DNA of 64,000 bases from a virus. Shown one piece after another: positions 38,154 to 46,191 of this stretch (the stretch's first letter is position 1; each line of letters opens with the position of its first letter). The notes beneath the pieces are model-generated. The model searched no databases. It saw only the letters and a list, made by a program, of their open reading frames with translations, and was not told the origin of the DNA. The stretch spans positions 451 through 64,450 of IMG/VR virus record IMGVR_UViG_3300012086_000038, one strand, 5' to 3'. The translations under genes were made by a program, and so were the position numbers.

Positions 38154-39283
38154 AAATGGCTGTAGAGTTTGTTGCACCTGATTTTGTAAAGGACAATGCC
38201 CCGGAAGATATTCAGCAACGGATGATGGATAATCTTCCGGTAGATATTGATGATATGCCCGGTGGATTTCCGTATGATTTTACTATGCCTACTGCTTTGG
38301 AGAAGTCGGAACTTATCCAGTTCCACCTTGTCAGGACGCTCATGCTCATGTTTCCAATGTGGGCATGGGATACGTGGCTTGACCTTCATGGCAAACAGAA
38401 AGGTGTAACCAGAAAAGAAGCGAATAAAGCAAGCGGAAGCATTACGATAGAGGGCATTCCCAATACAAGGGTTGCTTCTGGGTTTATGGTATGCACTCCG
38501 GCTACAGATGCTGGCCCATCCATTGAGTTTCTTCTGGATGAAGAAGTTTTTGTTCCGGAAAATGGGAAGATTACGACAACGGTTACAGCGGTTCAAGCCG
38601 GGAAAGCATCGAATGTGAAATCAGATACGGTAACTCTTATGTCAAAGCCAATCGAAGGAATCACCAAACTGTATAATGAGCAGGAAATCATAGGAGGAAC
38701 GGATGAAGAAGACAATGTTTCCTATCGTGAAAGAATCATGGAAAATTATGAATCCGAGGGGACCTCCTACATTGGCAATGATGCAGACTATAAAAGATGG
38801 GCAAAGGAAGTAAGCGGAATCGGTGATTGCATTGTTGTTTCAACGTGGAACGGACCGGGAACGGTAAAATTAGTATTGGTAGACTCAAACGGAAGACCGG
38901 CAAATGAAAAGCTGGTTCAGGCAGTAGAGGACCATATCATTTCACCAAATGACAGAGAAAACAGGTTGATGCCAACCGGAAGTGCGGTGCTTACTGTTGT
39001 TGCGGCAGATACAAAGCTCATTTCTTACTCATGCAGTGCATTGGCATATGATAGTAGCACAGATACGGAACAGATTGTTTCTGACTTCAAAGAAGCGGCC
39101 ATGAAATACTATTCCGAAGCAAAACAGTACAATGTTGTGAAATATAATAAAGTACACGCAATCCTTACAAGTCTGCCGGGAGTCCTTGATTTTGAAGACC
39201 TCAGGATAAATGGTGGGGAAAAGAATGTTGACCTGGACCAAGATGAATACCCAGAAACAGATGATGTGGATTTTAGCAGTTAG
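38150..39283 (+). CDS. Baseplate J/gp47 protein (XkdT-like)
   Basis: GGTDEED..SYRERI...GN..DYKRWAKEVSG.G...WNGPGTVK. Confidence 0.92.
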   Translation: MKMAVEFVAPDFVKDNAPEDIQQRMMDNLPVDIDDMPGGFPYDFTMPTALEKSELIQFHLVRTLMLMFPMWAWDTWLDLHGKQKGVTRKEANKASGSITIEGIPNTRVASGFMVCTPATDAGPSIEFLLDEEVFVPENGKITTTVTAVQAGKASNVKSDTVTLMSKPIEGITKLYNEQEIIGGTDEEDNVSYRERIMENYESEGTSYIGNDADYKRWAKEVSGIGDCIVVSTWNGPGTVKLVLVDSNGRPANEKLVQAVEDHIISPNDRENRLMPTGSAVLTVVAADTKLISYSCSALAYDSSTDTEQIVSDFKEAAMKYYSEAKQYNVVKYNKVHAILTSLPGVLDFEDLRINGGEKNVDLDQDEYPETDDVDFSS

Positions 39284-39292
39284 GAGGCCGTT

Positions 39293-40507
39293 ATGAACTT
39301 AGAAAACTTTCCAACGAGTGAAGCTGCCGTCCGTATGCTGGATAGCGTATCAAATGGGTTTTATGATAAGTCTTATGTCGGCAAATGGATGTATCAAATC
39401 ATGGGCTTGGAGATGGATGAAGCCAGAAAGATTTTTGAGGAACTTCCCTATCAGGCTTTTCCGGAAACCGCCACATGGGGATTGAGATATCACGAACAGA
39501 AATATACCCTTCCTGTCAGGGAAAATCTGCCGTATGAGGAACGCCGGAAATACATCTTTAATAAAAGAGACATCCGGACACCGATGAACCCCTACAGGAT
39601 GGAAGTCATACTGGGGAACACCATAGGCCGGAAAGTACATGTGGATGATGAATCAGGACCGATAAATACATTCACAGTTGAAGTTGAAAGTGGTGATAAT
39701 GCTGTTGATGTAACAACCGCAATAAAAAGGCTGAAAGCAATTAAGCAATCCCATGTATCATTTACGTTACGCTTTACATCGGTTGCTTATCTGGGAATCG
39801 GTACAAAGACAGAAAAATACAAACAGCAATATACATTGTGCGGTACGGTTCCGGACTTAAGTACCCAGTTGCGTACATTAAAATCCACTGTTTTAGTGAG
39901 TACTTCAGGGATTCCCAACAAAGCACATTTCCCCATGGCAGGTAATTCAGGAGAAGCCGGGTTGTATCCGAAAACCAGCAGAGGCTTAAAAGTAGCTGGT
40001 ACAGGTACGGAAATTGATGCTTCAGGAAATAGTCAGGCAGTAAAGTACCAGATGACCGGAGAAGACCTGAAAACCGGAACCAATCCTATGACAAGCCGGA
40101 GGGCTGTTATCACTAAGGCTGAAATAGAAGCCGATTTGGATGCAGAGGTATATGGATTTCAAAATCCGGTTGCCGGTACAAAGCCGGGAACCAGTTGGAA
40201 ATGGGAAGTGCATGAAACAGAAGCACATCTGGCGGCAGATTCTGACATATGGGATGTTCAATATGACCTCACAGGAAACACAGAATCAGGCATGAATCCA
40301 GTAGTAAACCGGAGATTGGCAGTAGTGCAGGAACAGGCAGTGATAGAGACTGAAGGTAAAGGGCAGAAAATAAAATATGAATTATCCGGCACAGTTCCGA
40401 TAACGTCCAACGGAGTTGGCCAGTCAGACAATTCAATGATTCCAGAGGTGGAAACAGAAACGTTTGCCATAAGGTATCCGCTATGTGGCAACACCTTTGA
40501 GATATAG
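39293..40507 (+). CDS. XkdU/YmfQ-like baseplate protein with repeated C-terminal extension
   Basis: QAFPETATWGLRYHEQKY.LP; later degenerate Y-x-L/M-x-G...G-x-x-P repeats. Confidence 0.7.
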   Translation: MNLENFPTSEAAVRMLDSVSNGFYDKSYVGKWMYQIMGLEMDEARKIFEELPYQAFPETATWGLRYHEQKYTLPVRENLPYEERRKYIFNKRDIRTPMNPYRMEVILGNTIGRKVHVDDESGPINTFTVEVESGDNAVDVTTAIKRLKAIKQSHVSFTLRFTSVAYLGIGTKTEKYKQQYTLCGTVPDLSTQLRTLKSTVLVSTSGIPNKAHFPMAGNSGEAGLYPKTSRGLKVAGTGTEIDASGNSQAVKYQMTGEDLKTGTNPMTSRRAVITKAEIEADLDAEVYGFQNPVAGTKPGTSWKWEVHETEAHLAADSDIWDVQYDLTGNTESGMNPVVNRRLAVVQEQAVIETEGKGQKIKYELSGTVPITSNGVGQSDNSMIPEVETETFAIRYPLCGNTFEI

Positions 40508-40521
40508 GAAGGAGGCATACC

Positions 40522-40848
40522 ATGAAGTTATTGACAAGCAAGGCGATACAGGGCTATAGGGATTATACCAAGCGGACTGTTGCCTATGCGAAGTACAAAG
40601 CAGGCTCAACCTACTACAAAGCAATAATTGATTCGGTTGAGGTGACAAATGATGGAGCCGTTGAGGTAGGATTTAAGATTGAAACAAAAACCACCGGGGC
40701 GGTTACCGTTACAGAAATCCAATTGTATGACACAAATAATGATTTGTGGCTCTCAAAGCAGGAATCCTTACAGATGGATTCGGTTGCAGAGGGCTTTTAT
40801 TATGTCTGCAAACTGATAATAAGCGAAAAGGAGGATAATGGAGCATGA
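40522..40848 (+). CDS. Hypothetical tail-associated protein
   Basis: RBS, operon position. Confidence 0.65.
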   Translation: MKLLTSKAIQGYRDYTKRTVAYAKYKAGSTYYKAIIDSVEVTNDGAVEVGFKIETKTTGAVTVTEIQLYDTNNDLWLSKQESLQMDSVAEGFYYVCKLIISEKEDNGA

Positions 40849-41336
40849 GGGATTTGGTGAATTGGAAAGACCATATCGTTGAATATCCCGGACGGTTTGA
40901 AGAAACCGATTTGGGGAACGGACTGGTTCAGTTGGCTGCCTCACCTGGAAAGATTAAGCAGCAAGGCACTCCGCAGAACGCCACAAACTTAAATGCCATG
41001 GACCTTGCGGCATTTGAAGCTATGCTGATGGTTAATGAGAATACCCGGAATATCCGGCATGTAAGAAATACGGCTGATGGCTTGGTTGGTGAAAAGATTC
41101 AGGTTACACTTACCAATACGCAGTTATATCCGCACAACAATTCCACAAAATCAGTCCAATTATCTGCATCAAGGAACAATAAAGATTACACAATTGAAGC
41201 GGAAACGGTCAGCGTGTCAGGCGGTGCGGTCGGTAATATTGAATACAGTGATAAGCTGTTGAATGGGTTTAAAGTAGCATTTACTGGCTCTGCAAGCTCC
41301 GTTGTGTTGAATCTTTATGTGAGGGGAGGAATTTGA
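40845..41336 (+). CDS. Hypothetical tail-fibre-associated protein
   Basis: WKDHIVE...GTPQNATNLNAMD. Confidence 0.65.
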   Translation: MRDLVNWKDHIVEYPGRFEETDLGNGLVQLAASPGKIKQQGTPQNATNLNAMDLAAFEAMLMVNENTRNIRHVRNTADGLVGEKIQVTLTNTQLYPHNNSTKSVQLSASRNNKDYTIEAETVSVSGGAVGNIEYSDKLLNGFKVAFTGSASSVVLNLYVRGGI

Positions 41337-41337
41337 T

Positions 41338-41508
41338 GTGGCAAATATAATCATTCCGAACCAAAAACGTAAGACTGATGCAGAATATGTCATGAAAAAG
41401 TATGGCGTTGACCGCAGTAACCCAGCCATGCGTGAAGCAGCGGAAATTACGGCGGCCAGAACGAATGAAGCTATTGAGATGGCTGAAAAAAGAAGGAGGT
41501 ATTTTTGA
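41338..41508 (+). CDS. Hypothetical 56-aa protein
   Basis: Not in track; GTG start behind GGGAGG; MANIIIPNQKRKTDAEY...KRRRYF*, ATGA-type overlap with next gene. Confidence 0.55.
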   Translation: MANIIIPNQKRKTDAEYVMKKYGVDRSNPAMREAAEITAARTNEAIEMAEKRRRYF

Positions 41509-41876
41509 TGAAGGTAATTCATATGCCGGAAGATGGCAAGAAATTTATTCCTTATGAGGTTGCAGGGAATAACATTGATTTCAACGATGGTGAGATGGCG
41601 ATTAATCTTTCCAAAAAAGAAAGGGATTACGAGGTATTGGTAGATGTCTGCATGGACTATACAGGAGGACTTGTTTGCGGTACCGCCGATGGGTTAAGGT
41701 ATGTAGCTCAGGTCACTATCCCTGAAAGGGAATACACAGAGATAGAAAAACCTAATCCGGAATATACGGAAGATGGTGAAGGAGAAGGAACGGTATCCCC
41801 AACTATTATAGACAGGGAGCCGGTTCCTTTTGACATTGAAAAGTGTGAATTAAGATTATGGGAATTGGAGGTATAG
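41505..41876 (+). CDS. Hypothetical protein upstream of DGR target
   Basis: AGGAGG RBS. Confidence 0.65.
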   Translation: MMKVIHMPEDGKKFIPYEVAGNNIDFNDGEMAINLSKKERDYEVLVDVCMDYTGGLVCGTADGLRYVAQVTIPEREYTEIEKPNPEYTEDGEGEGTVSPTIIDREPVPFDIEKCELRLWELEV

Positions 41877-41880
41877 GCAA

Positions 41881-42933
41881 ATGGCAAATTTTGATGATTT
41901 TAAGTTGGCAATAGAGGCTATGTCCGGAGGAAAAAATACGGTCTTGTATGATGATTTGGAAATGCCTTCCGTGATGGTGCCGTTTCCGAAAATGAAGATT
42001 TCAGAAATTATGACTGGTGGAAGCCAGAATATCCATCCAGCATTTTTGGTGGGTGGGGTAGAGAAAGATAAAATTTATGTATCTAAGTTCCAGAATATCG
42101 TATTGAATGACAGAGCATATTCGCTTCCTATGCGTGACCCAAAAGTGAGCTTAAATTGGGATGCCGCAAATACCTATTGCCGAAACAAGGGTAAAGGATG
42201 GGGATTGAATCCATATTCCCTCTGGTCTGCAATTGCTCTTTGGTGTCGGAAAAACGGAACAATGCCGAGGGGGAACAACAATTATGGAGGTGACCACTCA
42301 TACGCGCATGAAAAGGGTGTTCCGTGTGCTTATGAATCCGATGGTAGGACGGCAAGATGCTTGACAGGCTCCGGTCCAGCAAGTTGGTATCACAATTGGA
42401 TGCCGGATGGTATTGCTGACCTGAACGGTAATGTATGGGAATGGTGTGCCGGAATGAGGCTTATGGCAGGAGAAATCCAGATTATTCCATACTCCAACAG
42501 TCTATTGGCAGAAACAAGTATGTCCGCAACGTCCACGGAATGGAAAGCAATATTGTCTGACGGTTCATTGGTAGCACCTGGAACATCAGGAACTCTGAAG
42601 TGGGATTGGGTATCCAGTAAAATCCAGCTTACCAATGGTTCGGTGACTTATACGACAGATGCAGGAAACGGAATGCAATATAACGCAATGTCGTTGGTTT
42701 CTGGACTTACCGCACCTGAACTGGCAAAAGTATTATTACTATACCCAGATGAACCAGGCGGTGATTACGGTGGAGATTATCATTGGATGAATACTGTCGG
42801 CGAGCGTTTGCCGATTTGCGGCGGCTGTTGGTACAACACTGGCGGTGCTGGCGTGTTCAGGGTCAATCTCCTCAATCCACGTTCGTACGTGTCCTGGTAC
42901 ATTGGCTTCCGCTCCGCTTATGTTGCCCTGTAA
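41881..42933 (+). CDS. DGR target protein, C-type-lectin/FGE-sulfatase fold; probable receptor-binding protein
   Basis: GIADLNGNVWEW; C-terminal VR ending IGFRSAYVAL. Confidence 0.9.
   Translation: MANFDDFKLAIEAMSGGKNTVLYDDLEMPSVMVPFPKMKISEIMTGGSQNIHPAFLVGGVEKDKIYVSKFQNIVLNDRAYSLPMRDPKVSLNWDAANTYCRNKGKGWGLNPYSLWSAIALWCRKNGTMPRGNNNYGGDHSYAHEKGVPCAYESDGRTARCLTGSGPASWYHNWMPDGIADLNGNVWEWCAGMRLMAGEIQIIPYSNSLLAETSMSATSTEWKAILSDGSLVAPGTSGTLKWDWVSSKIQLTNGSVTYTTDAGNGMQYNAMSLVSGLTAPELAKVLLLYPDEPGGDYGGDYHWMNTVGERLPICGGCWYNTGGAGVFRVNLLNPRSYVSWYIGFRSAYVAL
42804..42919 (+). repeat. DGR variable repeat (VR)
   Basis: 116 bp; differs from TR at 10 positions, all TR adenines. Confidence 0.97.
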
Positions 42934-42952
42934 CCTGTTACCCTGTAACCTG

Positions 42953-43014
42953 ATAGGCGAACGATAGTGAGCCTATATGAAAATAAAGCCTATATCTCAG
43001 ACGGTATAGGCTTT
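42953..43014 (+). other. Two hairpins downstream of VR (ATAGGC/GCCTAT 42953-42976; AAAGCCTATA/TATAGGCTTT 42985-43014)
   Basis: Inverted repeats in the position of the DGR target-recognition hairpin. Confidence 0.7.
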
Positions 43015-43027
43015 TATGGGGTGAAAA

Positions 43028-43390
43028 ATGAAAAACGAAACAGAAACACTGAAAATCTTACAGAAAATTGAAGACATGATGGAATATGCATATCCGGCTT
43101 TAGCACAATATCCAAAATCAGAAAGGTTTGCCATGGTAGCAGATATGAAACGGAGCATGGATACCATGTTGGAAAGAGCTATTGAAGCTGAAAAGAAATA
43201 TTACAAGAAGACCACCCTGCAGGAGTTGGATGTTGAAATCATGAAGATGAAGACATATGTAAAAATGTCCTACCGGCTGGGTTTCCTACCGGATAAGAAA
43301 AGGAATGTAATGAACGATTATCTGGTTGAAATAGGTAAAATGCTGGGTGGCTGGATTAAAGCATGTCAGAATCGTGAAGTAAAGAAGTAA
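43028..43390 (+). CDS. avd: DGR accessory variability determinant (four-helix bundle)
   Basis: 120 aa; YPKSERF....KRSM...L.ELDVEI...EIGKMLGGWIK; between target and TR. Confidence 0.92.
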   Translation: MKNETETLKILQKIEDMMEYAYPALAQYPKSERFAMVADMKRSMDTMLERAIEAEKKYYKKTTLQELDVEIMKMKTYVKMSYRLGFLPDKKRNVMNDYLVEIGKMLGGWIKACQNREVKK

Positions 43391-43424
43391 GGTTTACAAT
43401 AATCAAATTTGGGAACCGGCTATT

Positions 43425-43540
43425 GCGTTTGCCGATTTGCGGCGGCAGTTGGAACAACACTAGCAGTGCTGGCGTGTTCAGGGTCAATCTCAACAATCCA
43501 CGTTCGAACGTGAACTGGAACATTGGCTTCCGCTCCGCTT
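43425..43540 (+). ncRNA. DGR template repeat (TR), part of the template RNA
   Basis: 116 bp with 24 adenines, rich in AAC codons; ends GGCTTCCGCTCCGCTT. Confidence 0.95.
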
Positions 43541-43756
43541 TACTCTTATTGTCAGATGTCTGTCACTCATGGGTGCCATTCCAGTACATAGAGTATAAAG
43601 GAGCCTGTTTCCACTCTGGGCCGGAAGGCAGGAGGAAAATAAAAGCCTTGGTGAACAGAATTCATTAAGGCAGACCATGGAAGCCGCAAGTAACCATGAC
43701 GAATTTCGTCAGGTGAAAGCTGCAACACATGGAATAAGCATGAAGAGGTTAGAAAG

Positions 43757-44899
43757 TTGAAGATTAAGAATGTTTTCAACATTATCTTCTCTATGGATAA
43801 TTTGTACAATGCCTTAGAGGACGCTTCCAAGGGAAGACGGTACAATAGGGATGTTCTAAAATATAATTTTGACTCGTGGGCGTTGCTCCGGGAATTGCAG
43901 GAAGAAGTATTGGACGGAAGGTATGAAATTAAAAATTATCATATTTTTTATGTCTATGAACCAAAGCAAAGGATGATAATGTCCATTGCCTTTAAACACA
44001 GGATTGTCCAATGGGCAATATACAGGGTGATTAATCCGATACTGGTAAAGGGATATATAGAGGATTCTTACGGATGCATACCCGGACGTGGCGGACTGAG
44101 CGCAATGTTAAGGCTGAAATACTGGTTAGCACAAGTCAGCCGAAAGGAAAATAACTGGTATTACCTGAAGCTGGACATAAGCAAGTATTTTTACCGTATT
44201 TCGCATAAAATCCTGAAATCGTTGTTAGCAAAGAAAATAAAGGACAAAAGGCTTTTACAGTTGTTAAACGGCATAATTGATTGCGAACATACCCCATTTG
44301 GCTTGCCGCTTTGGCGTTCCCCAGATGAAGTTGAATTAGAGGAACGCCTTTTTGATGTAGGTATGCCGATTGGGAACCTTCTGTCACAGGTGTTTGCAAA
44401 TGTGTATCTGGATACATTAGACCAGTTTTGCAAACGGGAATTACAGATACATTTCTATATCCGTTATATGGATGATGTGATAATTCTTAGCGATAGCAAA
44501 CAACAGTTGAAGGAATGGAAAGACAAGATTGAAACTTTTCTTCTTGACAAACTTGAACTTCACTTAAACCAAAAGACCTGCATAAGACCGATTAATCAAG
44601 GAATCGAATTTGTCGGATACCGGGTATGGGCAACTCATGTTACAATCCGGAAAAGCACCAGCTTAAGGATAAAAAGAACTTTGAAGGCAAAAGCAAGGAG
44701 ATATAAGGTATATAAAGTGTCTTTCACTGATGTTACTAATACGTTAATGAGTTATTTAGGCATGTTGGAGCATTGCGACAGCTACCTTTTGAAAAGAAAG
44801 ATTTTAAATGAATTAGTGCTGACACATGCTGATAAAACGGAGGAGTGCCATGAACTACAGCAAGCAGGAGTTATTGGAATTGCAGAACACAATTATTGA
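43757..44899 (+). CDS. DGR reverse transcriptase
   Basis: LKLDISKYF, GMPIGNLLSQVFAN, YIRYMDD, GIEFVGY; intact 380-aa frame with TTG start. Confidence 0.97.
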   Translation: MKIKNVFNIIFSMDNLYNALEDASKGRRYNRDVLKYNFDSWALLRELQEEVLDGRYEIKNYHIFYVYEPKQRMIMSIAFKHRIVQWAIYRVINPILVKGYIEDSYGCIPGRGGLSAMLRLKYWLAQVSRKENNWYYLKLDISKYFYRISHKILKSLLAKKIKDKRLLQLLNGIIDCEHTPFGLPLWRSPDEVELEERLFDVGMPIGNLLSQVFANVYLDTLDQFCKRELQIHFYIRYMDDVIILSDSKQQLKEWKDKIETFLLDKLELHLNQKTCIRPINQGIEFVGYRVWATHVTIRKSTSLRIKRTLKAKARRYKVYKVSFTDVTNTLMSYLGMLEHCDSYLLKRKILNELVLTHADKTEECHELQQAGVIGIAEHNY

Positions 44900-45029
44900 A
44901 AACCAGCAGTATGTAATAGCTGAATTGATGAAATTGTACTGCATTGAACCCACTTTTAAGCTGGATGAAAAATTACAGGAAGTGATCCGTCAGAACAACC
45001 AGCTTATAAAAGTATTGGATACGCCGTGA
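44850..45029 (+). CDS. Hypothetical 59-aa protein overlapping RT 3' end
   Basis: GGAGGAG RBS before ATG 44850. Confidence 0.6.
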   Translation: MNYSKQELLELQNTIIENQQYVIAELMKLYCIEPTFKLDEKLQEVIRQNNQLIKVLDTP

Positions 45030-45051
45030 ATGGGAAAGGAGGAGGTAACGG

Positions 45052-45222
45052 ATGGAAGAGAAGGTTAAGGAGCTTGAAAGAAGAGTTTCAACCCTCGAAG
45101 CGCAAGTTCAAGAGTTGAAACAGAGTGAAATGAATGCCGATAAAATATTAGAAATTATTGCTGACCGGATGAATGAGGTCTGTCATGGCATTCTTGTTCC
45201 AGCTGCTCATGATACATTTTAA
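45052..45222 (+). CDS. Hypothetical 56-aa coiled-coil peptide
   Basis: Not in track; AGGAGGAGGT RBS; MEEKVKELERRVSTLEAQVQELK... Confidence 0.6.
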   Translation: MEEKVKELERRVSTLEAQVQELKQSEMNADKILEIIADRMNEVCHGILVPAAHDTF

Positions 45223-45349
45223 GACATTCGATTGTGACTGTCAAAGCCTGGCTGCTTATGACATTTGCCATTTTAGACATTGATTCATCTGGTGGATATT
45301 GCTTGTCAATCCGGGATTTAATAGATTGATGAATGACTTCAAAATCCAT
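45155..45349 (-). CDS. Hypothetical 64-aa protein, antisense to the late operon
   Basis: GAAGGAAGGAG RBS before ATG 45349. Confidence 0.55.
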   Translation of the reverse strand: MDFEVIHQSIKSRIDKQYPPDESMSKMANVISSQALTVTIECLKMYHEQLEQECHDRPHSSGQQ

Positions 45350-45527
45350 ATGTATTGTCTCCTTCCTTCAATACTCGGCTCGCTACAGCCTGTAGGTACA
45401 GTGTAATGGAGATTCAGGGATATGGCAACAGGAGGACACGCATAGAAGGGAGGATATATGAGGATTAGGGACGGACCTGGAAAGGTCTTATTTTTATGCA
45501 GAAACCAAATTAAAAGGAGGACAGAGT

Positions 45528-45791
45528 ATGCCAGAAAGTAAAGATTTTGAACGTGAAGTTTTAGACCGCCTGATAAAGATTGAGGCAAAAATAGAAAGCT
45601 GGGAAAATTCAAAGAAGCAAGCATACGACAATCAGCGAGACATTATAAAGCTACAGCAGTGGAATACTCAGATACAGGAAGATGTGAACGAATTGAAAGA
45701 AGGCAACAAATGGCTAAAAAGGACAACGGCCGGAGCCGCCATTGCGGCAGTCGTAAGCACCATTGTTGCCATCGTCCTTGCTTCATTTTGA
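45528..45791 (+). CDS. Hemolysin XhlA-like lysis-associated membrane protein
   Basis: Coiled coil then KWLKRT..GA plus C-terminal TM helix. Confidence 0.8.
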   Translation: MPESKDFEREVLDRLIKIEAKIESWENSKKQAYDNQRDIIKLQQWNTQIQEDVNELKEGNKWLKRTTAGAAIAAVVSTIVAIVLASF

Positions 45792-45937
45792 TATGAATCA
45801 TGCGGTGCATATTTGCCCTAATTTCAGATTTTGTGGGCAAGGCAAACATTTATACCTATCACTAATTTAAACGTAACCCAGAAACAACCAGAGGATTTTA
45901 AGAGCCTCTATAATTTTATCCAAAGGAGGATACCAAG

Positions 45938-46168
45938 TTGAAAAATATTAATTGGGCTAGGAAACTTACGAGCAGGAAACTGTGGACGGCGGTAGCAAGT
46001 TTTGTTTCCATGATGGTGGTAGCAACAGGCGGCACGGAAAGTGCGGCAACGCAGGTAACGGCATTGATTATGGCAGGAGCCTCAGTAATTACCTACATCA
46101 TTGGAGAAGGGCTTGCGGATGCTTCATATACGGAAACAACCGTAGAGATTGAAGAAGAGGGCGAATAG
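45938..46168 (+). CDS. Holin
   Basis: KLTSRKLWTAVASFVSM, two TM segments, acidic tail; precedes endolysin. Confidence 0.85.
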   Translation: MKNINWARKLTSRKLWTAVASFVSMMVVATGGTESAATQVTALIMAGASVITYIIGEGLADASYTETTVEIEEEGE

Positions 46169-46179
46169 CCCTCTTTTTT
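46155..46179 (+). terminator. Terminator-like hairpin between holin and endolysin
   Basis: AAGAGGGC-GAATA-GCCCTCTT-TTTT overlapping the holin stop and abutting the endolysin RBS. Confidence 0.55.
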
Positions 46180-46191
46180 GGAGGTAATTTT

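Noticed and set aside
43423-43668. 81-aa ORF resembling the lectin C-terminus
   Set aside because: It is the translated TR; no credible RBS, and TR functions as RNA
43757-44899. RT as group II intron, retron or Abi RT
   Set aside because: No maturase or endonuclease domain or intron domain V seen; avd, TR and VR define a DGR
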